A stretch of 64,000 nt of DNA from an uncultured Gemmatimonadales bacterium (GTDB lineage: Bacteria; Gemmatimonadota; Gemmatimonadetes; Gemmatimonadales; GWC2-71-9), in NCBI GenBank assembly GCA_963711915.1, contig CAVQGA010000022.1:232943-296942 (forward strand), in the 5' to 3' direction. The position numbers and the translations under genes are program-made. Below the pieces are notes generated by a model. The model searched no databases. It saw only the letters and a program-made list of their open reading frames with translations, and was not told the DNA's origin. Below, piece after piece: positions 9,048 to 17,220 of the stretch (the stretch's first letter is position 1; each line of letters opens with the position of its first letter).

Positions 9048-11465
9048 TCATGTTTCGCCGTCGCCCGTCACCCGCTTCACCATCGCCGTCAGCGCGCTCA
9101 GCTCGAACGGTTTCTCCAGCACCGGTCTCGGCGTGCGCTGGATGAATTCCCGCGCCATCGGGGAGGCCACATCGCCAGTCGCGATGATGAGCCGGGCGAA
9201 GAGGGCCGGCCGCCGTTGGGCCAGCCAGTCGTGCACGTCGAACCCGCTGCGACCCGGCATGCGGAGATCGCTCATCACGAGCGCGTAGTCCGGCGCGTCC
9301 GGCCGCTCCAGCATCCGCAGCGCGGCGGCACCGTCTTCGGCCTCGTCCACGTCCCACCCCGTGCGCTCGAAATAGCGTCTCAGCGCCACGCGAACCGAGC
9401 GCTCGTCGTCGATGATGAGCGCCCGGTGGCGTCCGTTCGAGCCCGCGCCGGCGGTGTCAGCCGGGGCCGGCCGCGCACCGGCCGGGCGGCTCTCGACGGC
9501 GACCGCCCCGGGGATGACCACGGTGAACCGCGCGCCGGCGATCTCACTGCCGCCGCTCTCGGCCTGCAGCGTTCCGCCGTGGCGCTGCACGATCCCGAGC
9601 GAGACGGCGAGCCCGAGCCCGGTGCCCTGCCCCTCGGCGCGCGTGGTGAAAAACGGCTCGAAGATCCGCGGCAGGACGTCAGGCGGAATACCCGGTCCGG
9701 TGTCCTCCACCACGATCCTCCACCCGCCCCCATCCGACTGGCCGCGCACATGCACCCGGCCGCCCGGCCCCGCCGCCTGCGCCCCGTTCACGATCAGATT
9801 CGTCAGCACCTGCTCCAGCCCCAGCCGGTCCACCGGCAGCATCGGCGCGGCGGCATCGGCGTCCACCGCCAGCTCCACGCCCATCGTCTTCAGGATGGGA
9901 TCCACCCCACGCCGGGTGCTCGCCGCCAGCTCGGCCAGGGCCGTGGGCTCGGGACGGCGCTCGCGGCCCCGCGCGAAGGACAGGAGGTCCTGCACGATCG
10001 ACCGGCACCGGCGGGCCTGATTCCCGATGAGCTCGAGCGCCTCCCGGTCGGCCGCCGGCACCGAGGGCCCTTGCTGCAGGTCATCCGCGAGATGCAGCAC
10101 CGCGGTGAGCGGATTGTTCAGCTCGTGGGCCACGCCGGACGCGAGCCGGCCGATCGCCGACAGCCGTTCGTGCTGGACCAACTGCGCCTGCGTCCGCTGG
10201 AGCTGCCGGTATGCCCGTCGGAGATCGGCCTCGTCGGCCCGGACGCGGGCCGCCATCCGGTCGAAGGCACCGGCCAGCGCGGCCACCTCGTCGCCCCGGA
10301 CCAGGGCCACCGGCTCGACCGCGAGGTCGCCGTTGGCCATCTGCACGGCGGCCGCCCGGAGCCGCTCGATGGGCGCGACGATGCTCCGCGCGAGCATCGC
10401 CGCGAGGCCGAGGGCGATGGCCAGCGCGCCACCGACCACGATCGCCGCCGGCTTGGCCGCGGCCACCAGCTCGCGGCTGTAGTCGCGGAACGGCGAGACC
10501 GCCACGAGCACCACGCCGTCCCCGTCGGGCAGCACCGCGGGGCGGTACTGGTACGCGACGACCTTGTGCTCCCCGTCCCGGCTCGCGAACCACCCGCGGT
10601 CGTTGCGCTGGATCGGCTGGAAATCCCTCCGCCCGTCGGCGAACAGCACCAGGCCGCGGCCGTGCCCCGCGACGACGAAGCCGTTCGAGCGCCGGACGAT
10701 GAATCCCTCGGTGTGGGGGCCGAACTGGCTGAGCGGATTCTGGAGCTCGAGCTGGCCGGAGACGCCGTCGAGCGCCTGCAGCATCGCCTCGGCCAGCGTC
10801 TGCTCCCGCAGCCGCTGCCACTGGGTCAGGCCGTAGAGGAACACCGGCACCGCGACCCCCACGGCCACGGCGAGCGTGATCGACAGCACCTTGCCGTAGA
10901 GCGGCTGAATGAGCGGCGACTCCGGCGCGGCCGGCGGCGTCCGCGGCAGGCCGAGGCGTTGCACCGCCCGCTCGGCCATGAGATAGGCCGCCACGGCGAA
11001 CAGGCCACCGAGCACCGGTCCCTGCAGCGTGATCTTGGCGAACTCGAGCGTGGGGAGATGGGCGAAGTGATCGATCTGGATCGCGCCCAGGAGATAGCCC
11101 ACGCTGCTCGTGGTGATGACCAGGAGGGCCACCAGCATCGGGTACGTGGCGAGGGCGCTCCCGATGTCGGGGTCCCCGGCGGCGAGCCGGCGCTGGAGCC
11201 GGCGGAAGGCGAGGTGCGGGAGCAGCACCGCGCCGGTCCACCCGACGGCGGGCACCTCCCAGCCATAGCAGATGAAAATCCACCGCAGCTGGCTGGCGTT
11301 GACGAGCCACCAGAGGCGCGAGAACGAGATGCCGATGACCCACCAGCACAGGATGGAGGTCAGCCACAGCTGCAGGGCCAGCAGCCGGGCCGCGTCCAGC
11401 GGGACGCGCGAGGAGCGAGGCGGAGCGACGTCGTTCGCCGCCCGGTCGGTGCCGGTGAGTGTCAC
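9048..11465 (-). CDS. hybrid sensor histidine kinase (multi-TM sensor, HAMP, HisKA, HATPase_c, C-terminal receiver)
   Basis: H-box ASGVAHELNNPLT, G-boxes DTGPGIP and GTGLGLAV, receiver ALIIDDE...MSDLRMPG. The GTG start at 11465 is the first plausible start in frame. The rest of the 1477-aa ORF is antisense read-through. Confidence 0.85.
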   Translation of the reverse strand: MTLTGTDRAANDVAPPRSSRVPLDAARLLALQLWLTSILCWWVIGISFSRLWWLVNASQLRWIFICYGWEVPAVGWTGAVLLPHLAFRRLQRRLAAGDPDIGSALATYPMLVALLVITTSSVGYLLGAIQIDHFAHLPTLEFAKITLQGPVLGGLFAVAAYLMAERAVQRLGLPRTPPAAPESPLIQPLYGKVLSITLAVAVGVAVPVFLYGLTQWQRLREQTLAEAMLQALDGVSGQLELQNPLSQFGPHTEGFIVRRSNGFVVAGHGRGLVLFADGRRDFQPIQRNDRGWFASRDGEHKVVAYQYRPAVLPDGDGVVLVAVSPFRDYSRELVAAAKPAAIVVGGALAIALGLAAMLARSIVAPIERLRAAAVQMANGDLAVEPVALVRGDEVAALAGAFDRMAARVRADEADLRRAYRQLQRTQAQLVQHERLSAIGRLASGVAHELNNPLTAVLHLADDLQQGPSVPAADREALELIGNQARRCRSIVQDLLSFARGRERRPEPTALAELAASTRRGVDPILKTMGVELAVDADAAAPMLPVDRLGLEQVLTNLIVNGAQAAGPGGRVHVRGQSDGGGWRIVVEDTGPGIPPDVLPRIFEPFFTTRAEGQGTGLGLAVSLGIVQRHGGTLQAESGGSEIAGARFTVVIPGAVAVESRPAGARPAPADTAGAGSNGRHRALIIDDERSVRVALRRYFERTGWDVDEAEDGAAALRMLERPDAPDYALVMSDLRMPGRSGFDVHDWLAQRRPALFARLIIATGDVASPMAREFIQRTPRPVLEKPFELSALTAMVKRVTGDGET

Positions 11466-11537
11466 GTGTTCAGTTCGCTCTTCAGAAGGCCCGGCGAATG
11501 GGGGGGGTGCCGCGCGGCAGGATCCCGAGCTCCGGCA

Positions 11538-11543
11538 TATAAT
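11538..11543 (+). promoter_or_regulatory. consensus TATAAT hexamer in divergent promoter gap (possible -10 for the enoyl-CoA hydratase operon)
   Basis: CATATAATAC is the only AT-rich patch in the 130-bp gap between genes starting at 11465 (-) and 11596 (+). No good -35 was found. Confidence 0.3.
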
Positions 11544-11595
11544 ACACGCCTGTCCGATCCCGCTGGTAGCGCGCAGCCACCCTGAAGAGCCGACC

Positions 11596-12384
11596 ATGCC
11601 CGACGAGTTGCTGTCCCACGCCGACCGGGCCGTCCAGTTCCTCACCATCAACCGGCCGGTCCGCCGCAATGCGCTCACGCCCGAGCTGGCGCGCGGGATC
11701 GCCGAGGCTCTCGACGGCGTGGCGGAGTCGGGCCAGGCGGAGCTGGTCGTGCTGCGCGGCGCCGCGGGCCACTTCTCGGCCGGGCTCGATCTGCACTGGC
11801 TGCGGGGGCTGGGGGACGCGCCCACGGTGGCGGCGCTGCAGCACGGCCTGGCCGACTTCCAGGCCGCGGTGCTCGCGGTCGTGCGCTGCCCGGTGCCCGT
11901 GCTGGCGGTCGTCGAAGGCACCGCCGCCGGGTACGGCCTGGACCTCGCGCTGGCGTGCGACCTCCGGCTCGCGTCCACCACCGCCGCCTTCACCTCGGCG
12001 TTCGCCCGGATGGGACTGGTTCCGGACGGCGGCTCGACCTTCACCCTGCCGAGGCTGGTGGGCATCGGCCCCGCGCTGCGCCTGCTGCTGGCCGGCGAGA
12101 CCATCGGCGCCGCCCGCGCCCAGGCGATCGGTCTGGTGGACGAGGTCGTGGACGTCGCCCGGATCGACTCCGAGGTGGCGGCCCTGGCCGGCCGCCTCAC
12201 GGCCGGGGCCACTTCGAGCGTCCGGGCCATCAAGCGCCTGGTACGGGCGCAGGAGGTCGGAGCCCTGGAGCAGGTGCTCGCCGCCGAAGGGGCGGCCCAG
12301 ATCCAGGCGCTCCAGAGTCCCGAGTTCCGCCAACGGCTGGAGGCGTTCGCCTCGCGCCTCGCCGGCCGCGCCGAGGGTGGGTGA
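11596..12384 (+). CDS. enoyl-CoA hydratase/isomerase (crotonase fold)
   Basis: LTINRPVRRNAL, FSAGLDL and VEGTAAGYGLDLALACDLR motifs. Confidence 0.85.
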   Translation: MPDELLSHADRAVQFLTINRPVRRNALTPELARGIAEALDGVAESGQAELVVLRGAAGHFSAGLDLHWLRGLGDAPTVAALQHGLADFQAAVLAVVRCPVPVLAVVEGTAAGYGLDLALACDLRLASTTAAFTSAFARMGLVPDGGSTFTLPRLVGIGPALRLLLAGETIGAARAQAIGLVDEVVDVARIDSEVAALAGRLTAGATSSVRAIKRLVRAQEVGALEQVLAAEGAAQIQALQSPEFRQRLEAFASRLAGRAEGG

Positions 12385-13199
12385 GCGGGCCGGCCGCGGG
12401 CATCTTCCGGCCCGACCTGCTCGCCGGCAAGGTGGCGCTGGTGACGGGCGGCGGGACCGGCATCGGTCTCGGCATCGCCTCCTGTCTCGCGGGCGCGGGG
12501 GCCGCCGTGGCCATCGCGAGCCGGAAGCCCGAGCATCTCGAGCCCGCGGCGGCCGGGCTTCGCCAGCGCGGCGCCCGCGTGAGCACGGTGGAGGCCAACG
12601 TGCGGGAGCCCGAGTCCGTGGGGCGCATGGTGGAGCGCGTCGTCGCCGAGCATGGCCGGCTCGACATCCTGGTCAACAACGCCGCGGGCAACTTCTACGC
12701 GCCGTCGGCCACGCTCTCGCCCAATGCCTGGCGCGCGGTGGTCGAGACCGATCTCTACGGCAGCTTCTACTGCGCCCAAGCGGCCTACCCGGCCATGAAG
12801 TCGCGGGGCGGCGGCCGCATCGTCTCGATCTCGATGACGCTGCACTACCGCGGGTGGCCGCTCATGGCGCACGCGACGGCGGCCAAGGCCGGCGTGGATG
12901 CGCTGACCCGGACACTGGCGCTCGAGTGGGCGGCCGATCACATCACGGTAAACGCGGTAGCACCCGGCCCGATCCCGACCGAAGGGGTACAGCGGGCGTT
13001 CACGCCGCCCGACGCACGCGCTCCCGACCTGTTCCGGATGGATGAGTACGCCACACGCGCCATTCCGCTCGGACGGTGGGGCACGCCGGAGGATGTGGGC
13101 CAGCTGGTGACCTTCCTCGCCGGCCCCGCCGGCGAATGGATCACCGGTGCGATCTTCGTGGTGGACGGCGGCTCGTGGCTCGCTGGCGGGAGGCCCTGA
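12381..13199 (+). CDS. short-chain dehydrogenase, 2,4-dienoyl-CoA reductase-like
   Basis: GKVALVTGGGTGIG, LVNNAAGNF and HATAAKAGVDALTR motifs. The GTG start overlaps the upstream stop (GTGA). Confidence 0.8.
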   Translation: MSGPAAGIFRPDLLAGKVALVTGGGTGIGLGIASCLAGAGAAVAIASRKPEHLEPAAAGLRQRGARVSTVEANVREPESVGRMVERVVAEHGRLDILVNNAAGNFYAPSATLSPNAWRAVVETDLYGSFYCAQAAYPAMKSRGGGRIVSISMTLHYRGWPLMAHATAAKAGVDALTRTLALEWAADHITVNAVAPGPIPTEGVQRAFTPPDARAPDLFRMDEYATRAIPLGRWGTPEDVGQLVTFLAGPAGEWITGAIFVVDGGSWLAGGRP

Positions 13200-13898
13200 A
13201 TGTTCCTCGGACACTACGGCGTGGCGCTGGCGCTCAAGCGGGCGGAGCCCAAGCTCTCGCTCGGCACCCTGTTCGTGGCCACCCAGGCCGCCGACCTGCT
13301 GTGGGGGATCTTCCTGCTGCTGGGCTGGGAGCACGTGCGCATCTTGCCCGACGACAACCCCCTGCTCACGCTGCAGTTCTACGACTACCCGATCTCCCAC
13401 AGCCTGGTGGCGGCGGTGGCCTGGGGGCTCGCCGCCGCCACGCTGTACTACTCCTGGCCGACGCGGGACACGACCCGCCATTGGCAGGCGGCCGCGCTGG
13501 TCGGCGCGGCCGTGGCCTCACACTGGCTGCTGGATCTGGTGGTGCACATCCCCGACCTGCCGCTCGCCGGCAATGATTCGCCCAAGGTCGGTCTCGGGCT
13601 GTGGCGGCATTTCGGCGTGAGCGTGGCGCTCGAGCTCGTGGTCCTCGCCGCCGGGACCGCCATCTACGTGGCCCGGCGCTCACGGCGGCACCCGGTCCGC
13701 CCGATCCGGCTGGGCGTCGTCCTGCTCGTGCTGCTGGCGACCTACGCCGCCTCGCTGCTCGGGCCACCGCCGGAGCGCGTCGCCCTCATCGGCGTGGGCG
13801 ACATCGTCTTCATGCTCGGGATGGGTGCGCTCGCCGCGTGGGCCGATAGAGCCGCGTCGCCGGCCGAGCTCGCGCGTGGCGGACCGGCCGCGAGGTGA
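13200..13898 (+). CDS. polytopic membrane protein with conserved His motifs (possible membrane-bound hydrolase)
   Basis: MFLGHYG..., ISHSLV and ASHWLLDLVVH motifs with about 6 hydrophobic helices. The ATG directly abuts the upstream stop (TGAATG). Confidence 0.6.
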   Translation: MFLGHYGVALALKRAEPKLSLGTLFVATQAADLLWGIFLLLGWEHVRILPDDNPLLTLQFYDYPISHSLVAAVAWGLAAATLYYSWPTRDTTRHWQAAALVGAAVASHWLLDLVVHIPDLPLAGNDSPKVGLGLWRHFGVSVALELVVLAAGTAIYVARRSRRHPVRPIRLGVVLLVLLATYAASLLGPPPERVALIGVGDIVFMLGMGALAAWADRAASPAELARGGPAAR

Positions 13899-14272
13899 GC
13901 CGCATGGACCGCCTGTTCTTCACGCTGGGGGCCTGGTCCGCGTTCCTCGCGGTGGCAGCGGGAGCGTTCGGCGCGCACGCGCTCCGGGCGCGGCTTTCTC
14001 CTGAGCTGCTGGGAGTGTTCGAGACCGGCGCGCGTTACCAGATGTACCACGCTCTCGCCCTGCTGGCGGTCGGCTGGGCCGTGGCACAGTGGCCCGGCGC
14101 GCTGCCGCGGGCGGCGGGGTGGCTGTTCGTGCTGGGCACGGTGCTGTTCTCGGGCAGCCTCTACGCCCTCGCACTCAGCGGCGCGCGCTGGCTCGGCGCC
14201 ATCACGCCGCTCGGCGGGGTCGCGTTGCTGGCGGGGTGGGTCTGTCTCGCGCTCTCGGCGCAGCGGGGATAG
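13895..14272 (+). CDS. DUF423 family membrane protein (YgdD-like)
   Basis: AFGAHAL...ARYQMYHALALL...GSLYALAL pattern over four TM helices. The GTG start overlaps the upstream stop; an alternative ATG is at 13904. Confidence 0.75.
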   Translation: MSRMDRLFFTLGAWSAFLAVAAGAFGAHALRARLSPELLGVFETGARYQMYHALALLAVGWAVAQWPGALPRAAGWLFVLGTVLFSGSLYALALSGARWLGAITPLGGVALLAGWVCLALSAQRG

Positions 14273-14307
14273 GGATGCACGTGGAGTGGAACGCGCTGGG
14301 GAACACC

Positions 14308-14570
14308 GCGCGTCATCCTGACCACGTTCGCTGCGCTCAGGGTAAATTCCCCGAAGGATCGGCTGGGTGGTGCGTGTGACGCTCGTGCCTCACCCTCATG
14401 CCCAAGCCGATCCTTCGCGATCATGTGTCATCCCGAGCGCAGCGAGGGATCTTGCCGGGGAATGGTTCGAGCCCGGCCCGGCAAGATCCCTCGCTGCGCT
14501 CGGGATGACCGTGCCCTTCTCGGGATGACCGTGCCCTCCTCAGAATGACGTCGCCCTTCTCGGGATGACA
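14308..14570. repeat. palindromic intergenic repeat cluster containing the canonical 32-bp perfect hairpin plus four 20-nt phased right arms
   Basis: GTCATCCCGAGCGCAGCGAGGGATCTTGCCGG (14427-14458) is perfectly complementary to 14478-14509. GATGAC-type arms end at 14509, 14529, 14549 and 14569. An upstream sub-element has GAAGGATCGGCT (14353-14364) paired with AGCCGATCCTTC (14405-14416). Confidence 0.9.
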
Positions 14571-14572
14571 AG

Positions 14573-15316
14573 ATGACAGCCGCGGCCTACCGCCATCTCC
14601 TGTCCGAGCTCGACGCCTGGTTCGCGCGCGGCGCGGCCGCCGCCGGCGGGCTGGTGCCGTGCCGTGGCGGCTGCAGCGCCTGCTGCCACGGCCCGTTCGA
14701 CATCTCGGTGGCCGACGCGGAGCTGATCAGGGAGGCGCTCGACGCGCTGCCCACACCGGCGCAAGCGGAGGTTGCGCGACGGGCCCGCGTCCTGCTGGAC
14801 CAGATGCGCGCCCTCGAGCCCGGGTGGGCCCCGCCCTACGCCGTGGACGCGCTCGGAGAGGACCGCTTCGATCGCCTCACGGACGCCCTCGCCCGCGAGC
14901 CCTGTCCCCTGCTGGACGACACCGGCCGCTGCCGCATCTACGCCAGCCGGCCGCTGGTCTGCCGCCTGATCGGCCTCGGAATGCGCACGCCAACCGGCCG
15001 CCTCGTCGAAAACGCCTGCCCGATCCAGGATCGCTTCCCAGGCTACGCCGAGCTCGCGCCGGCGCCGTTCGATCTGGAGGCGTTCGAGGAAGCCGAGGCC
15101 GGGTGCTTGCAGGCGGCGGCGATGCGCCGGTTCGGAACGGCCGAGCGGCACGGGTTCGAGACCACGATCGCCGCGACGATCGTGGAACGCACACCTGTCA
15201 TCTCGAGCGGCAGCGGCATCCCGAACGCGGGGACGTCATCCCGAGCGCAGCGAGGGATCTTGCCGGGAAATGGTTCGAGCTCGACCCAGCAAGATCCCTC
15301 ACTGCGCTCGGGATGA
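14573..15316 (+). CDS. YkgJ/UPF0153 family zinc/iron-sulfur cluster protein (CxxxCxxCC)
   Basis: CRGGCSACCHGPF motif plus a second Cys cluster CPLLDDTGRCRIYASRPLVCR. The last ~40 codons (...VISSGSGIPNAGTSSRAQRGILPGNG...SLRSG) and the stop codon lie inside the repeat element at 15197-15352. Confidence 0.7.
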   Translation: MTAAAYRHLLSELDAWFARGAAAAGGLVPCRGGCSACCHGPFDISVADAELIREALDALPTPAQAEVARRARVLLDQMRALEPGWAPPYAVDALGEDRFDRLTDALAREPCPLLDDTGRCRIYASRPLVCRLIGLGMRTPTGRLVENACPIQDRFPGYAELAPAPFDLEAFEEAEAGCLQAAAMRRFGTAERHGFETTIAATIVERTPVISSGSGIPNAGTSSRAQRGILPGNGSSSTQQDPSLRSG

Positions 15317-15352
15317 CGTTGCCTTCTCGGGAGGATAGGGTGGCAGGATGAC
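15197..15352. repeat. palindromic intergenic repeat (canonical family)
   Basis: The left arm at 15235-15266 is identical to the canonical 32-mer. The right arm ends at 15317 and has a few mismatches. Outer GTCATCT (15197) and GGATGAC (15352) arms flank it. Confidence 0.9.
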
Positions 15353-15381
15353 AAACCGCCTGCACGCCACCCTCCAGGTCC

Positions 15382-16203
15382 CTACCGATTCTCCCTCGCC
15401 CAGACGAAGAACAGGAGCCCGATCGCTCCGAACATGTAGAGGTTCCCCGGCACCCACATGAGCAGTCCGCCGAGCTGCTGGTCGTCGAGCGGCGAGAGCC
15501 CCCAGGTGCGCGGGGCGGCGACGTACCACGGGTAGAGCACGTGGTCGCTCAGCGTGATCAGCGCGGCCACGAGCTGCATCGGGATGCCCACCAGGAAGAG
15601 GTAGAGCATCGCCAGGCCGTAGCCGAGGCGCGGGAGCTCGGGCACCGAACTCACCACCGGCCACCAGAGCAGCGTGGCCGTCGCCATGAACATGAGATGG
15701 GTCACGATGTGCACATCGTGATCGCGCATCATCAGGTCGTAGAACGGCGCCAGGTGCCAGACGGCGATGGTCAGGCTGTAGAGGATCGCCGCCGTCACCG
15801 GATGCGTGAGGAAGCGCGCGATCCGGCGCACGGGCGGCGGGCGCAAGAGCGGCGCCAGCAGCCAGCCCGGCGTCCCGAGCAGGAGCAGCGGCGGGAAGAC
15901 CAGGGTCAGCAGCAGGTGCTGCACCATGTGCACGGAGAACAGGTAGTAATCGCTGAGGTCGTGCATCGGCCCGTTGAGGGAGCCGAGCAGCACGAGCAGC
16001 GCCCCGCAGAACGACGCCACCCGCCACCGCGACACCGGCGGCAGCCCGCGCCGCCGGCGCCAGGGACCGATCCCGTAAAAATAGAGGGCACCGAGAAGCC
16101 CGGTGCCCAGGAGAACGCTGGGGTGCAGCGCCCAGCTCCACTCGTACGGCCCCGTGGGCCGCGGCCGCTCGTCGAAGAGCGGCGCGAACGGCAGCAGGCT
16201 CAC
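15382..16203 (-). CDS. ctaG: cytochrome c oxidase assembly factor CtaG (Bacillus/caa3 type membrane protein)
   Basis: MVQHLLL, HLMFMA and LMWVPG motifs, multi-TM. Last gene of the oxidase operon; it overlaps the subunit IV stop. Confidence 0.8.
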   Translation of the reverse strand: MSLLPFAPLFDERPRPTGPYEWSWALHPSVLLGTGLLGALYFYGIGPWRRRRGLPPVSRWRVASFCGALLVLLGSLNGPMHDLSDYYLFSVHMVQHLLLTLVFPPLLLLGTPGWLLAPLLRPPPVRRIARFLTHPVTAAILYSLTIAVWHLAPFYDLMMRDHDVHIVTHLMFMATATLLWWPVVSSVPELPRLGYGLAMLYLFLVGIPMQLVAALITLSDHVLYPWYVAAPRTWGLSPLDDQQLGGLLMWVPGNLYMFGAIGLLFFVWARENR

Positions 16204-16562
16204 CCCGAGGCCGCGAACGAGAAGTGGTACGCCTCGAGCACGATCAGTGCCAAGATGACCACGATGGCGATGATGAGCGGAAAGACGAAGACGCCGCTGA
16301 ACAGGCGGCTATCCTGCTTGAGGTGCATGTAGTACATGGCCACGAGCGCGAACTTGGCGGCCGAGAGCGCCAGCAGCAGCGGGACGAAGAAGGGCTGGAG
16401 CGCGGCGCCGGTCGCGCCGGCATGCTCGCCGTAGGTGAATTCGTACAGTCCCACCTCCAGGGCGGTGAGCACGAAGAGCACGAGGCCGATCTTGACGTAC
16501 ACGCCGGAGGATGGGTGCGAATGCTCGGGCTCGGCGGCGGTGCCGGTGGCGTGGGCAGCCAT
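16200..16562 (-). CDS. ctaF: cytochrome c oxidase subunit IV (caa3 type)
   Basis: Small three-TM protein (FALVAMYYMHLK motif) placed between subunit III and CtaG. Confidence 0.75.
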   Translation of the reverse strand: MAAHATGTAAEPEHSHPSSGVYVKIGLVLFVLTALEVGLYEFTYGEHAGATGAALQPFFVPLLLALSAAKFALVAMYYMHLKQDSRLFSGVFVFPLIIAIVVILALIVLEAYHFSFAASG

Positions 16563-16575
16563 GCGTTTCGACCCC

Positions 16576-17208
16576 TTACTTGATCAGGTAGACGACGGGG
16601 AAGATCACGATCCAGACCACGTCCACGAAGTGCCAGTAGAGCGCGGCGATCTCGAGGTTGAGCGACTTCTCCGGCGGCAGCTTCCCCCGCCAGGCCTCGA
16701 TCCAGACCGTGAACAGCCAGATGACGCCCAGGGTCACGTGGGTGCCGTGGAAGCCGGTGAGGGTGAAGAAGCTGGCCCCGAACAGGTTGGTCTTGAGCGT
16801 CAGGCCCTTGTGCACGAAGTGGGTGAACTCGTACACCTGCATCCCGACGAAGAACACTCCGCACAGCAGCGTGGCGCCGAGCCAGACGAGCAGCCCTTTC
16901 CGGTTGCCGCGCTGCGCGTTGGCCAGCGCCATCACCACGAACAGGGAGCTGAACAGCAGCAGCGCCGTGCCCAGCGTGACGAGCGGGATCTCGATGACCG
17001 GCTCGAACACCTGGCCCGCCGGCGACTTCCACACCTCGTGCGGGAACGGTCCCGGGCCGGTGAGCCAGGTCTGCTTGTGCACCAGGTAGTTCGAGATCAG
17101 CGTGGCGAAGAACAGGCACTCGGACCCGATGAAGGTCCAGATGGCCAGCTTGCGGCTGTCGAGCCCGGTCGAGGTCTCGAGGTGCATCGCGTGCGCGTGG
17201 TCGGACAA
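16576..17208 (-). CDS. ctaE: cytochrome c oxidase subunit III
   Basis: FFATLISNY..., FFTLTGFHGTHVTLG and YWHFVDVVWI motifs. Confidence 0.9.
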   Translation of the reverse strand: MSDHAHAMHLETSTGLDSRKLAIWTFIGSECLFFATLISNYLVHKQTWLTGPGPFPHEVWKSPAGQVFEPVIEIPLVTLGTALLLFSSLFVVMALANAQRGNRKGLLVWLGATLLCGVFFVGMQVYEFTHFVHKGLTLKTNLFGASFFTLTGFHGTHVTLGVIWLFTVWIEAWRGKLPPEKSLNLEIAALYWHFVDVVWIVIFPVVYLIK

Positions 17209-17220
17209 GATCGCTCTCCC

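Noticed and set aside
9048-13481. 1477-aa minus-strand ORF suggesting a giant protein
   Set aside because: Only the 3' portion (9048-11465) has kinase homology and a sensible start. Upstream of 11465 the frame is P/R/G-rich antisense read-through across the well-supported enoyl-CoA hydratase and SDR genes.
14459-14480. GGTTCGAGCCC motif resembling a tRNA T-arm (also at 15270 and 44360)
   Set aside because: It is the loop of the palindromic repeat. No acceptor, D or anticodon arms can be built around it, and it recurs with the repeat.
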